This document shows positions 47,681-64,000 of a stretch of 64,000 bases of DNA, in pieces. Below the pieces are notes generated by a model. It did not search any database, was not told the origin of the DNA, and saw only the letters and a program-made list of their open reading frames with translations. The translations under genes and the position numbers were made by a program. The stretch comes from the human T2T-CHM13v2.0 reference genome, Homo sapiens: assembly GCF_009914755.1 (NCBI RefSeq), contig NC_060930.1; one strand, given 5' to 3'. How positions within the stretch are numbered: position 1 is the first letter of the stretch; each line of letters opens with the position of its first letter.

Positions 47681-49071
47681 CACCAATGACTCATTTCATA
47701 GCATTTACAGACCTTTCAAAAGATCAGAATTGTTTTTCTTTAAAAATATGCTTCTGCATAAATTTTAGAAAGATAAGTCTATTATGCTTCACAATGTCCT
47801 TCATCTAGTGCTTAAAAATGGAAATATTTTTGTTTGCTACGTATTTTCATACTACATGGAAATTAATACAAATATCCAGTTCCTATTTCCCTTGTTAATT
47901 TCTTTCTCATTTTTTTTTCCCCAAGTCAAAAGCCATCTGCAGCTTGCTTCCCAGGACAAAATAGTCATGCCAAAAAAAAAAAAAAAGTCTTAAATAGAGT
48001 AGCCAAATCAATGTCCCAAATGAAGGTTAAGTTGTACAGCATTTTGGTTTCAAACCAGGTTTATTTTAAAAGTGTTTTTTCTCTTTATAGGAAGGATAGA
48101 GTAAAGGAAATCACATTTCTAAGTGTGCCTGCATGCCTTAACTATTAGTCAACAATGATTCATACATTTTTAAGCTCTTATCTGTCTCAATGAAACTTCT
48201 CAGATCTCAACTATTTATATGGTAAATGCCTTGAATGATCAGAATGATCAGATTCAATTATTTCTATTCTTTTCATGCACTTATTTTTACCATTTGCTTC
48301 TTAAATTAATGTACATCAGTTAACTCTTTTTAATGGTATCTGCAGAAAAGACCACAGTCAAAAATCCAAAATAACAACTCATTTCACCAACTTTGAAAAT
48401 CTGATATTTCTATTCTTTTAGGTTATTTTATAATATATTTTAAATACAACTGCAATGCAGAAAAGGAAGTAGATATATTATCTCAAATCTTCTAAACTGA
48501 GTGACAAAATAGAGAAAGTTTCAAAAGTACTGGCTCAAATTTCACTGCCTTAATCTCTAGGCCCACAGAGTAATACATACACACACACATACACACACTC
48601 CTCCTCTTTGAAAAAGATAGAAACTGATTTGTTTTAAGCTTCTTCCCAACTCTACCTCTCCCCATCACTAAGGAAATATATTTTATTATAGTATTTTATA
48701 AACTGTCTTAAAATTTCAATTAACAATTTTTATCTACATGAAAAGTATTCATTAAAATTCTCATTATTATAACCACCTGGTATTGAAGAAACAAGTGTAA
48801 GATGTTAGCAAGGAAGGAGGCACACAGGAAGATTTGTAATACATGTCCACAACTTTAAAAAAGACACCATAGGCTGCCTGCCTGGTTCCATCATTAATTG
48901 TGAAATCTTGAATGTCACTTAATCTTTCTGGCCTCCTTCCTTCCTTGAAAACCAAGGGAGAATATGAACATGGTATCCGTTTAAACTTTAAAATTCTATG
49001 GTTCTAGGACACTACAAAAAATGTACTGAATTATTTTTCTGTGACACGACTGATTAAACAGCTTATATAAA

Positions 49072-49401
49072 CAGTCAGCTCTCCACGTCCATGAGTTCCA
49101 CATCTGTGGATTCAGCCAACCATGGATCAAAAATATTCAGGAAAAATAAATATCCCACAAAGTTCCAAAGAGCAAAACTTAAATGTGCTGTGCACTGAGT
49201 ATTATGTTGAATCTATGCAAGTAAAGTGATGTATGGGTAGTGTATTAGGTATTATAAATAATCTAGAGATGATCTAAACTATACAGGAGGATGTGCATAT
49301 GTTATACTACACCATTTTATATTGGGAACTTGAGCATCTGTGAATTTTGGTGTCCTCAGGGGTTCCTGGAATCAATCCCCCATGGATACCAAGTGAGGAC
49401 T
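49072..49401 (-). mobile_element. MER2/Tigger3-family (TcMar-Tigger) element
   Basis: cagtcagctctcc..tgtggattcagccaacc..gtattaggtattataaataatctagagatg..ggataccaagtgaggactg, with terminal inverted repeats. Confidence 0.85.
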
Positions 49402-49880
49402 GTTTATGTTTAGTTAGCCCCTCAGCAGAGGCCCTCCCCAAGAGTTAAATTATAAATCCCTGATGTTTGTGACATCAGTTCGCTATCACATATTAAGTGT
49501 GGCCAACTGAATCTATGATTATTTCACAAATTTCATTTTTATAAGGTGTCGCCTCCATTCTTCATTTTAAAAATTTTGACAAAATTGCTAAAGAGCAAAA
49601 CAGCCATGAGGGAACACAATAATAATGAAATGATACCAGCAGCTTACACTTACTGAGCTCTTACCATCTGCCAGCGACTCTTAAACATCTGCACAGGTAT
49701 TTTTGCGTTTACTCCTTACAATCTTGCCATTCCAATGTGTCAGTTGAGAAACAGAAGGACAAGTGGTGAAATAACGTGGCCAATGTCACATTGTAAGTGG
49801 GAGATCTGGACTTAGACCCCAGGCAATCCACCTTCAGTTCACTCAGGTGGCTAACCCCCTCACCTGGGAGTCTCTAATTA

Positions 49881-50078
<198 letters not shown>

Positions 50079-51526
50079 CTAACACCCATTTTTCACATCT
50101 GCAAGGTGTGGGCGGGTGTTGGAGGAGCCTTCACATTCCATTATCTGGCAATGTCATCTGGAAAGCCCACAAAAGCATTTACCACAGACATCTAAAAAAG
50201 ATGGATACTTCTCTCTGGAACATCTCTTGCAGCACAGCCACCTGCCTTTTCCCTGCTTAGTATAAATGGACCTAAGAGCAAGGAAACAGCTGGGTTCCCA
50301 GCCCTAAGACATTATGAGAGAGTATCTCAGAGGGAATAAGAAATAGAGACTTAATTGTTTTTCCTTGTTCCTAGAGATGCAGGTAATAAATTCCCCTCCA
50401 TACGTCCCTATGTCTACCTGAGCTGTCAATCAAATAGCTACCATTTTTAGACCAATTCCTACACCAAGTTTAGCCAAGAGCCACTTCACTCCACCGTACT
50501 CCACCCCACCCTCCTCCATTCTTGTCCGCAATTGGAGGAGCAATTGAATCACATGTAAGGACTGATCAATAAGGGGCCACTGGGTCATTTTAAATGGCAG
50601 CTCTTATTTCTGCTCAATGTTTAAAACAGATCCACCCAAAAAACCTGGTTGGTGCCATTGCGGCCAGGCACTTGATCCATTATATCAAGTGTCAGACTCT
50701 GATTCTTTCCTGGCTATGTTCCAGAAGAGGCTACTGAATGGTAAGAAAGGTGGGAGAGAATGAGGAGAGCTGCTAACTGGCCAAGCTTCCTCACATCTTA
50801 TGCAGTTGGTCAGTATTCCTTTAATAGATGGGAAAGTAGTAATCTGTAGCAAAAGTAGTCAATGTCTTCTAACGAGGGAAAGTGGTAAGGACTGTTATTT
50901 CTGCTTTCTAACCACCCACAAAGGTTAAATTACCCTAATGAGTTGCAGAGGGGGGGCAACAGGTCCAATAACACCATTAGAACCTACATCACAGGGTCAG
51001 TCTATTCAAGGGGGTTTAAGGTATTCAGAAACTGAATCTTCACTAGTATATGAAACCATCAAACTGTCCAAAAATCAACTGTAGGTGGTTTATGAGCCCT
51101 CACACCCCTGGCATCTCCACAGTTAGAGCTCACATGGAAAACATTCCTTTCCCATCCTGAAGATGGAATGGAAAGACTCAATCTACTCATGGAGCTTAAT
51201 ATTATACCCCTTATAGAGCTTCACTTTTAAATGTTACAATAATACTCTTTAAAGCGCCTGCAAAGTGTGATGCATTGAGCAAGCACTCACTGCATAACAC
51301 TCATCAGGGATTCTAGGTTCTGTTCCTTCCATCACCAGTTAGACACGAGCTCCCCAACTAGTCACTTTACCGCTCCAACCTGCATTTCCTTGGGTGTGGA
51401 AAAAAAAAGTTATACCAAACGAGACTCAAAGTCCCTTAAACACAAAAATCTATAACTGCAAGGTAAAAGTAATATCCTTGAAAATTATCAATCAGTGGTT
51501 TATCTGAAAACAGATGAAAAATTTTT

Positions 51527-51533
<7 letters not shown>

Positions 51534-51565
<32 letters not shown>
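51534..51565. repeat. Uninterrupted T32 mononucleotide run
   Basis: Directly visible. Not attached to a recognisable Alu. Confidence 0.95.
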
Positions 51566-51568
<3 letters not shown>

Positions 51569-51727
51569 GAAGGAAAATAGAGGATTCCGGGACAGTAACA
51601 CCGCTGAATTTTTGTATCACTAAGCCTAGATAAGATAAATGGCAATGCCAGATCTAAAACGTAAATTCAGGGAGACTGTCAGAGTCCTGTGCCAAAGGTC
51701 AAGTTTAAATAAAAAGTTGCTTATGTT

Positions 51728-52089
<362 letters not shown>

Positions 52090-53208
52090 TTATGGTTATG
52101 GGTAGCTAGTTTTAGCCAGTTTGGTGCACTCTCACTTTCACTGAGTATACCAATTTAAAGTTCTGACTCTAGAAGAAATGAGACACTGTTTTAAAGCATT
52201 TAGATTGTATCTCTTGGTTATATTTGTGTGTGCTATTCAACAAACTCCAGGAAATGTCCTTATTGATGTTTACAGAACATTCAATGAAAGACGTAAAATA
52301 ACAATGGCTACACTATTTCTCAGAATTCTGTTATCATTAAGGTACCTTGAAAAGCTGGTTGGCTCTTTCCCACACATCCCCAACCCTCTTGTCTTTTATT
52401 ATAGCAACACTGTTCACAAGTCACTTCTTCCTATCATCATTTTTCCTTGTCCTTGCACAGAAACCTTTGCTCCCAAACTTCAGCACTCCCACCACTGGCT
52501 GGTATTTAAGCTTCCCATACAGCAATAATATTACCACCAAAGCTATGAGTAATTTTAATGTGGGAAAGGGAAAGGAAATGCAAGATAGCAATACTTGAAA
52601 GGTAAAAAACAAAACTTGCCTATGAGTATCATCCATATTTTCTTTATCAGCTCTGCCTTACATTTCTACCAAAGTAGAATTGTCCTTGTTGTTGTCAGAT
52701 AACAGAGAGATGATTACATGCACACAAGTTATACCAGCTCAGCCTGGGGAAGGTGCAAACTTCAAGTGTGTGTTATTTCACACCATGCCCCATTGAACCC
52801 CAGAGGTCTGTAAGGTAGGCCCTTTTGGGTCTCCGATCAATATTTACACAAAACATGAAATAAAATTCCCCCTTACATCTCTGAGCACATATCTGAACTT
52901 AAATGCATTATGGATTAGAAAGTTGCAGTTCTCTATTGATCTCTTTTCCAAATCCATGCTGATACAACATTTGTGCTCAAGAAAAGCTGTACAGGCAAAA
53001 ATATTGCTCAAACATATACAACACACTCAACGGATGCCTGGCAAAGTGCAGGAGCCGCTGGCATCTGTACTTATGGAGATATAGCAACCAAATACATTGT
53101 AATTTGGAAACAAAACCATGTAAAAGGTATCTGGGGGAAAATTGTGGAAATTTTAATATGGCCTTCATATTAGACCATAATTATCTTTGGTGTGATAATG
53201 GTACAGTG

Positions 53209-53345
53209 CAGTGGTTCTCAAACTTGCCTGCACATTAGAATCACCTGGGAGCTTCACCAAAAACAAACAAACAAAAAATACGTATGCCTGTGACTCATGC
53301 AGGGATTGAGATTAATTTATCTGGAGTGTGATCTGAGCTTTGTAG
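53209..53345. mobile_element. MER5A fragment within an L1ME-like fragment
   Basis: cagtggttctcaaacttgcctgcacattagaatcacctgggagct. Confidence 0.8.
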
Positions 53346-54367
53346 TATTAAATTTTTCTAAATTTAAAACTTCAAATATAGACATAAGATTTACATGTAT
53401 TCATTAACCCATTGTAAAAATTTCTAAGTGCTTAAATTTTTCAAAATAAAAAGTTGAGGAAACAATATTAACCATCTTGCTCATGTGATCATCTTAGACA
53501 AGATACTATCTTAGGTACAAAATTCAGCATATCACAAACAGAAAACTACTTTCAGATGATAGGAAATGTTTAGGAATTCACTAAGTAGCTTAATAAACTG
53601 TAGAATAAACTCTTTTGGCTTCAATGCTTATTTTTTAATGTTTTTAAAAGTTGAAGTCCAGTGCCTTACTTACATTATTCTGAATATCAATTGTCTCTAT
53701 AGAATACTGTAGGCATAGGATCCATTTGGGTTTTATCTCTACTGACCCTAAAAACACACTTTAAAGTACATTTTAAAATAAATCCTTACTATTCATCTGA
53801 TTTGTCCTAATTTGCCACTTTCTCTTAAGAGATACAACAAAAATGTTCCAATTAATATTGATTCTTCAATCAGTCTAAACTAGTGCCATCTGTCATCTGG
53901 ACAGTTATTATTCATAGCAAAACTGTAGTTATTATTCATTATTTATCTATCACCAACTTGATATTTTTCCCTGGCAAGAACATAAAAAGAATAGGGAGAA
54001 ACATAGCCGGAAAAGCAGATTGGAGTCCTGATTTCTAAAATGTTCATACTTAAGCATGTACTCATTTGGAAAATATTTATTGAGAACCTACTACATGCCA
54101 AGTAATGTGGATACAATTATACACAAGCCAAACACGATCCCAGATTTATAGTTATGTTGGGAATACAGACAAACACACATGACACGATTAGAGGGCTGCT
54201 TTTGGAAAGTTAATCTGACCATCAGAATTCAACTAAGCCTGGCTTGTAGTAAAAGCTGATATTACATGTAAGTAAACAACAGGGTGTTCTTTCATGAAAA
54301 TTAAGTTTGGTGGTAGGGTCCTCCTGAACAAGTTGCTTTCCATTTCGTTTTTATTTCTCTTCCCTCC

Positions 54368-54845
54368 TGCATTGGTTTCATGTGGCTGCTATAACAAATT
54401 ACCAAAATTTGGTGGCTTAAAACAAATGAAATCTATTCTCTAAAAGTCTGGAGACTAGAAATTTAAAAGCAGGATCACTGGGCTGAAATCCTGGTGTCAG
54501 CAAGGCAGCACTCCCTCCGAAGCCTCTAGGGATCCAGTCCTTGCCTCTTCCAGTGTCTATCTGGCAGTACCAGCATTTCCTTGCCGTGGCCACATGACTT
54601 CAATCTCCGCCTCCATCTTTACATGCTTCTCCTCTGCATATCAAATCTCCCTCTGCCACCTAAAAGGATACTTGTAATTGCATTTAGGACCCAACTGGAT
54701 AATCCAGGATAATTTCCCATCTCAAGATCTTAACTTAATCACATCTGCAAAGACCCTTTTTCCAAATAAGTTCACATTCACAACTTCTGTGAATTAGGAC
54801 CTTTTTAAAAATTTTTGGAAGCCACTATCAGACAATCATACCTAC
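54368..54845 (-). mobile_element. MLT1C/D MaLR solo LTR
   Basis: ggctgctataacaaattacca..ggtggcttaaaacaa..ggataatccaggataatttcccatctcaagatcttaacttaatcacatctgcaaag. Confidence 0.9.
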
Positions 54846-55685
54846 ACAGAAAGCCTAAGAATGAAAAAGGGTAATAAGAAAAAAAATACAAATTTACTAA
54901 GCCAGAGCATTTACAGTTCTGCTCCAAACATATCTGAAGAGTTTTTCTGCTTCTGAATAGGTCCCCAAAAGCAAGGTTCTCTACTCCTAAGTTATTTAAG
55001 GCGTTTAAGGTGAGAATTTAATTAAATTATACTGGGAAGTACCATACAAATTAAAACTAATATTATACCTCTTTTCTCCCCCTCTCCTTCCTCCTCAATA
55101 ATAACCTCAAATTTCCTTTCGAACAGCTCCTGTAACTTTTACTGACCCATTTCAGAACTCTGGCTTGACACTGCACTGTATTAATCCTGGGAGAAAGAGC
55201 CCAAGAAAGCTCAGCAAGCAGCCCCCTACACAGGGCCAGTTCTCAGGAGCCTTTAGGATCAGAGGTAAATCTGGGCAAGGCCGAAGCCTGGTCTGGTGGT
55301 ACCCTGGAGCCAGATCGTTTCCAGAACTGGAAGAGTAACATGGCATTCATCCAGGGGACATGCTCCTTATAGTTGCTTTTCCTTAACTGAAAAAGGAATT
55401 CTTGGCTAGAGAGCCTAAAAGCCTAAAGGCAAAATTATATGGATAACCCAGAGAGTATGTATGGACCTCAGGGCTCCAAGGAAAACAGTGAGGAGGCATT
55501 ATGACTTTGTACTTCAGCAATGACAGCAGTGGAGGATGGGCCAAATCTCTGCCTTCCCGATAAACCCTTTGAGTAGAACTGTAACACAGCCCACCATAAT
55601 CCTGACTCGCCTCCTTCTCTAGTTTCCTGGACATGGAGAATTGCTGCCATTCTAGAATCCACTTGCCAAGATCCTTAATCAGAAG

Positions 55686-55992
55686 TTTTTTTTGCTGTTG
55701 TTGTTGTTTTTTGAGACGAAGTCTTACTCTGTTGCCCAAGCTGGAGTGCAGTAGCACAATCGCGGCTCACTGTAACCTCCACCTCCCGAGTTCAAGTGAT
55801 TCTCCTGCCTCAGCCTCCTGAGTAGCTGGGACTACAGGCACGCACTGCCATGTCCAGCTAATTTTTGTATTTTTGGTAGAGACAGGGTTTTACTATGTTG
55901 GCCAGGCTCGTCTTGAACTCCTAACCTCGTGATCCGCCTGCCTCGGCCTCCCAAAGTGCTGGGATTACAGGCGTGAGCCACCGCGCCCAGCT
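55686..55992 (-). mobile_element. AluSg/Sc-like
   Basis: acctcgtgatccgcc (2-nt deletion form). TSD-like agaagtt / agaagta. Confidence 0.95.
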
Positions 55993-57557
55993 AGAAGTAT
56001 TTCTTAACATTGTTAATACTTAACAGTGTCCTCCAAAAAAGAAAACATCCTGAGGTAGAAAACCTACATATAAATCAATAATTCAATGACTGCTTGTATA
56101 TAAGCCCCATCTACTTTCTTCTCTCTCCAGATCTGAATTAGTATACAAATTCAATCTTCAGCCTCTTAAGCAAGAATAAAAATACCACATCATATACTAT
56201 GATGCCATTACAAATATATTCCCATTTTATTTGAGCTATTAACTTTTTTTTGCTTGTATAAACAGAATAAATAATTCATTTCATGGCTTAAAACATAGCA
56301 ACATGAAGGCAAATGCAAAATAAATAGCAAATCAAAATCCGTGAAATACTAGACAAGGGTTGTCTGATGTAGGGTAAGCACTGTGAGACAGTCCAAAGAC
56401 AACACATTGCATTTCACTTTGTTTTCAAAGAACATGGTGACCAAGTTCACAGGTTAGGCAATCCATTATCCCTTCTTCTTCATTTATTGGCTTGCCTTCA
56501 CCTAGCAGAAGTTTCAGGCAGCTACACAAAAAGTCTATTGTTTCCTCTCTGCTGTATCTCATCAAGTAATGTCCTTTCACTCCAGTGAAAAGCCTATACT
56601 CTTACTGAGCTCATCTTAGCTTATTAAATTTATAATTTAACAACTGTGCCAACACACTGTAATTACAGAATCATTATGTGGTTTTTACATACAATTATTT
56701 TTTAAAGGAAGGCTCACTGGAGATTCAGTTTATGAAAGCAGATATTACGTCAATCCCCTTCATACATACTGAAGAAAAGCTCCTTCACCTCCTACTACCC
56801 ACCCTAACCCCCGGTTTTGGCTAAACCAAGGAAAGGACAATATTGGTGTCTGTTAAGTATGAAGACATGCCAGGGTCACAGAAGAAATAACTCCAGCTTT
56901 GGAACATAAAACAACCCACGCCTTTCTCTTTGCCAAGCCAGAATCCTGACATGACCACTTCTGAAGCCCCCTTGCCTCATTTCCCCGTGTTCTGAGGCTA
57001 GCTTCCCTCTCTGGCAGACCCCCAGAACAATACATGAGGTCTTACAGGCAAGTAGTCCTACAGATCCAAGAGGAATCAAAGCATAGCTGTCACCCACACA
57101 GGATGCAAATGGCATCTCCTCATGGACAACTGGGTGCCATTATCTGTAGATGGTTACTGAAACACAGACTTCTGACATTAGTGTTAGTCGAATTCTAAAG
57201 TTTGATCTGGTAAAAATAAACTAAAACCCTAGAGACACAAAGCAACATTCTTATGTCCCAAAGCATCATCACATAATTAGCAAACATTTATTGACTGTCC
57301 ACAGCCTGCCTGGCATTAACTAGATGTTGAGATTCAGGAATAAAGAAAACAACATGTTTAATGCCTTGATGAGTTTATAGTCTAAGATGGATAGAGTAAC
57401 TGGACACACAGCTGAGAATAAACAAGGGACTGAACAATAAAACACAATAAGAATTTTTTTGAGAAAACTGCACACATAATGCATTTTAATCAAGGTAAAC
57501 CATATAATACATTTTAATCAAAAGACATAGCTTGATAATATTACTATATTCTATTGA

Positions 57558-57987
<430 letters not shown>

Positions 57988-59659
57988 TTGTTTTTTCTTT
58001 TAATTTGAGGTGGAAGGAACCAGCACAGGGTTGTTGGTTTTTTTATCTGCCAAGTACGGGCTTTTTTTCCCGTAGAAATGAAAAACTATATCTACTTGCA
58101 TTAGCTTCATTTCATTAAAACATTGATCACACGTTAATAATTTGTGATCAAATTCATTTACGTATAAACAACCAATATCAGATCCTTTCATATTTTGATT
58201 AGCAGTATGAATTACAGAGCGGAATGATAACAAGTCAGAGAAGAAAAAAGCCCTGATGAGTCAAAAATGTAATGGAAAATAGAGGTTGGAGATGGCAAAA
58301 TCTTTCCTTATTTCACAATTTTCTCTGGGGCCAGCCCAATTTACCTTTCACAACAATGCAATAACAAAGCAGCAAGGTGTATCTCTGCCTTGCACAAAGT
58401 GGATATGGTGAATGAGAACACCATCAAGAATCATAAAATGATGTGGGCATACCTGGAAAGTAACGTGGAGGTGTAACCACGGCGGGGGGGAGTTCTGCTA
58501 AGAAAGGAAAGGTGAGAAAACACTTGGGAGAAAATGGCTTTTGAAAATGTGAATTGAAAAGAGAAGGAGCTCAAAGCCAAGAAACTGACACTGACAGCGC
58601 GAGATGATTGAAGTGCAGATTAGGATTGAGTTGGGGCGTTGAAAAATAAAGTACAGATCTGAAAAATCTTGGAGAGAAAAAAATAACAAAGCTTAGTAAG
58701 AGCTCCTTGAGCAGGCCTGGGGAGAGAGATGTCAGTGATGACTCAGATGTCAGGAGTGGCAAGGCAGGCCAGCTGCAGGACTGCCAGTGACAGGAGGAAG
58801 TAGGAGAGGAAATGATGCATGCGATAGCTAAGAAACACTATAAATGGCTACATATCTGTGGTTTCTCCAGCAAAAATGCATGTGCAAAACGTTCTGTATT
58901 CAGTACCCTAGTTAAAATATAACTGTGGGGAGAGCAACAGATTAACTACACAAACTGTTGCTTTAAGATAGCATGCCTAGGAATGTGCATGGGAAAAAAA
59001 TACTGAGGCAAAATAAAATTCAATTGTGGTTAGCTCTAGAGTAGTATTATATTAATAATATAAGTGACTTTTGCCTCCTCTTTTGTGCTGCTATTTTTCT
59101 AAATTTTCTCTATTGAGAATGTTGTCTTGTAGGGCAAAGTTTTGAAAGTTCCTAAGTGAACATGTTAGAATGCTGTGTGTTAGTTTGTAAATTTCATGGA
59201 AACACATACACACCAGAACGCATCCACCAACATTAGGTGTCATGGAGCCTGCGGCACACAGAGGGTCCTCCAAAACAGCATTAATATATCCGTAGAAGTC
59301 CATGGGAATCATCGTAGTTGGCCATCTGGTGACTTTCACGTGTTTAGCATATAATCAGAAGTACACAGATTGACCATACTTTACCCAAATCATGAAAGCC
59401 AAGAAATTTGTCTAATAAATAAATTACTTAACCCGAAGCCTAATACTACCCCAAGGAATTTTTCAGTAAGATCTGTGAAATGCCCTCTAGAATCAGAGAA
59501 GATATCAGCACTAAGATATTTGAGTATTAAATACAGTGTTTCATGATCCTAGAAAAGTGGAATGGGTACTTCCAAAGTAAACTGGGCAAATCCAATATGC
59601 AAGGTCACTGAAATAGAGAAACGTCATTACTGCTTTCTCAGACTCCGGCGGTGGACACT

Positions 59660-60272
<613 letters not shown>

Positions 60273-60611
60273 TCAAAAATTCTATTCAGACTTAAATGCA
60301 ACCATTAAATGTGCTGATCACGGTGATCACTTGATAGTTTTTTCCATATTCAAAAATACAAGGCAGCTTTTTTTTTTCCTCTCCCACTTCCTCTTATTTT
60401 CCCCTCTGATCTACACACAAAAATGAATTTAGTTAATACTTGAGTTCCCAGAAGTGAGAAGTCCAGATGGTTTTCTCCCTACTCAAGCCCTCCTCTAGGA
60501 AACGAAGAAGTCTTTTTGCAACAACCCTGCCTGTATGTTGGCAACAACTTTCAAAATCAAAAGCAAGTTGACCCCACTGTAAAAGAAAAATGCTTCTTCA
60601 GCCCTTACATT

Positions 60612-60632
60612 GCCGGGGGCGGGCGGAGGGGC
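60612..60632. promoter_or_regulatory. GC-box cluster (Sp/KLF-type) in a non-repeat, CpG-retaining patch
   Basis: gccgggggcgggcggaggggc in otherwise AT-rich intron. Function inferred only. Confidence 0.35.
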
Positions 60633-61401
60633 AGAAAAATCAGAAAAGAAAAGGAAAAGTCTGTGCTAAAGGAAAATTAAATAAATTTGGGTTTTTGCAA
60701 AAGACCCTAACACCGAGCTCTCCCGTGATGCAGCACAGCTTCTCGGAACCCAACTCTTACTATTTCCTCGGATCCCCTCTCTGGATAAAGGTTCTTTTCC
60801 CAGCAGGGCCGTTCATTTGCATGGTAAGTACCAACATAGTGTAAAATATGAACTCCCACGCTCCCAAACCCTCCTACCATGGCTGCCCTGTGTTCCTCAG
60901 CCACTTTCTCCTTTGCACTGTCCCCTACAGGCTGGGCTGCTCATCTCCTAGTGAGCTTGCCTTCCCAGCCATTCCCATAAGACTCTCTGCACATTCTACA
61001 AGTGATGTTCAGGGAGCATCTGAAAGCTTACCTCACCTCCAAATCTCACCAATCAGAGGAGCCTCCAGCCTACCACTCCACCAGTAAGATATGAGGATAG
61101 AGGTTCCCTGCGCAGGTAAGCTGGCAAAGACCAGACGCTTACCCAGAGCTGCCTTGGCTCCTCACAGGGCACCGACTTCTTCAAAGTTCAGTCTCTTCCC
61201 TAGGATACTGAGAAAGCCACCCACCTGGATATTCCAGAGAAATATGGGCTGAACTTCCAGAATCCTCAGATTTGCAACTATAGAAGTGTTTAAGTGTTAC
61301 AAGTTATAAGTTATATGGATTTGTCTTTCTCCAGATTGATATATTTTTCAGGAGTCAGGGGAGTCATCCCGTCATCTTTCACTGAATTCCCTCCCTAATA
61401 A

Positions 61402-61741
<340 letters not shown>

Positions 61742-63111
61742 TAAAACCATTCTTTGCAAGCACAGTTTCATCCCTTTGAGATGACAGTTGGCTACAGATG
61801 TTGAACAGGTATGCAGGGACCAGTTTCTATGCACCCCACCTTTAGGACTTGCAACTCTAGTTCACGGGTCTCAGAGAAGTTGTAAGTTACCAGTTTCCAA
61901 CATTCCAAATTACTGCAAATGCCAGAAACTACAAATGTTTGGAAATGCCAAGAGTCTGAGGATCTACTGACACAGCATATAGCTGAAACCTCACCCACAT
62001 AGTGTTAAGAAAGCGTTTCCTGCCTGTCTGGGGCTGACAAACCACAACAACCCTTTTCTTCTTCCTCAGGCACCAAGCAGGACTCATCAGGACACCTGGG
62101 CTCAGGCTCAAACCCTATCAAAGCAGGGCTGTACTGAGGACGCACCTTCATTCTCTTCCCAGAACAAGTGAAGGAAATAGGAGAGGATCTTTGCTCTAGG
62201 AAAGCAGGCTTCAGACAGGAAGTGGCAACAATTCATACAAGGTGCCATTCTTTCCTCTAACCCACACCTTAACCTGTGTTGACCATCTCCCTCTCTCATC
62301 ACAATATCTCTAGATTCTTCCACATACTTATTGAAAACTATGTTCATGACACGACAGAGGAGGTAACTGTCTCAGATAGCATAAGAAGTTCAATAGTAAC
62401 CAAACATTTTTTTTTAAGTTATTTCCAGTGGGCCTGTGTGCTTTAGCTCACTTAAATCTTCACAACACCACTGAGGCACAGAGATGTTTTGTAACTCACC
62501 CACGGTCAGTTAACCAATAAGGGTAGATCTGAGATACAAAACCATGCCATCTCGTCATCGAGAGCTCCCTCTTCCCACTACAGTGTCAATCCATCAGAAC
62601 AGTTCCAGTTCAGTAGACCCAGTGATCCATGATGGAGCAATTGGGTATTCTGAAGAGTGGGCAGTTCACAAGCAGACATGGATGAAAAGAAATCCCAATT
62701 CTTCAGTCAAGATTGACCTTTAAGACTTTCCACAAAGTGGCCTCAACCTCTCGTTCCAGTCTTTTCTTCTCCTCCCCAAGAGCCACGTCAGCATCCTTAC
62801 ATATCAGCTCCCTTCCAAACTTCTCTCTCTTCAGAATGTATTTACCTTTTTCCCCTAAAACCCAATCCTATCCAACTGCTCCAGCAAGATGAAACCTGAA
62901 ACTTTCTCTGATCTTCTTAGTTGGATGTAAGACGTCATTCTTCTGTAAACACCTATAGCAAGGTTTAAAAATGATGTAACATTATAATAATTATAACTTC
63001 CAGTCCTGTAACACAGATATGACAGTGCTTATCATCCTTAGTAGAAAACATGGGATAGTACATAAAGCACCTGTTAACAAACTCCAAGGAGTTACCACAG
63101 CACAGTTTTTA

Positions 63112-63423
<312 letters not shown>

Positions 63424-63904
63424 ATGCCTTATCATTGGTAGCTACTACACTGGCTAATGAAATCCAAATATAGCTGCTACCAGTGACAATGATTCCATAT
63501 TTTGGAGATTCAATAGACTGATGCTAAGAGCACTGCATCTAACTATTGTCTAATATAAAAACTTCTATTTTCTTCCTGTCTCCTTGAGAATCTCAATGTC
63601 ACAGAGCCAACAAGAGGCAAATTCTAAGTAATTCTTTAGCATGCAAAACGTATGTGCTATTACTCTTCTTTGTCTGGAATTTATTAAACAAGCAGAATCA
63701 AGGGAGCAAATCTGAAATTTCTGGAGGAATAAATGGGTGCTGCCACTAATGATCATCTCTGAGGCCTTGTCAGGCATTTGGGAACAAACTTACCAGTCTC
63801 CAGCCTGAAAGACACCAAGGAGAAACCTGACAGCTGAGAAGCTCCGATTTCCCTCTCACATGAGGATAAGAGAAACCAGCATGTATTATTTTTTTGGTTG
63901 CTTG

Positions 63905-64000
63905 GATGGTTTTGTTTTTTGTCTTTTTTGAGACTAAGTCTCACTCTGTCACCCAAGCTAGAGTGCAGTAGCGTGATCTCGGCTCACTGCAATCTCTGCC
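63905..64000 (-). mobile_element. Alu 3' portion running off the window end
   Basis: ttttttgagactaagtctcactctgtcacccaagctagagtgcagtagcgtgatctcggctcactgcaa. Confidence 0.93.

Noticed and set aside
54420-54445. Sense-oriented MLT1 LTR as a premature poly(A) site
   Set aside because: The expected hexamer is degenerate (AATAGA on the gene strand).

Overview
Human (primate) genomic DNA covering part of ARHGAP18 (Rho GTPase-activating protein 18) on the minus strand. Four consecutive coding exons can be read directly: 16425-16627, 13008-13243, 8655-8718 and 3959-4128. All have AG/GT boundaries, and their phases splice into one open frame (..RRYGQYTMNQES..KEPD/EGELEEEW..SKET/APGG..GRD/DEASN..DATLP). 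From recall of the protein they are exons 2-5, N-terminal to the RhoGAP domain. Exon 1 is not in the window, so 16628-64000 is a long first intron and 1-3958 is intron 5. The rest is ordinary intronic repeat content: about 25 Alus, L1M/L2/MIR fragments, solo LTRs (MER57, THE1, MLT1), hAT and Tigger DNA-transposon fossils, and microsatellites. Most ORFs in the supplied track are Alu, L2 or low-complexity artefacts. I see no evidence of a new multi-gene system. The best leads are: (1) a candidate alternative first or cassette exon ending at 36452 whose ORF splices in frame to exon 2; (2) an Alu layout that predicts back-spliced circRNAs of exons 2-5; (3) head-to-head inverted Alu pairs that share one endonuclease target site. 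Repeat subfamily calls are from memory of consensus sequences and their ends are approximate.
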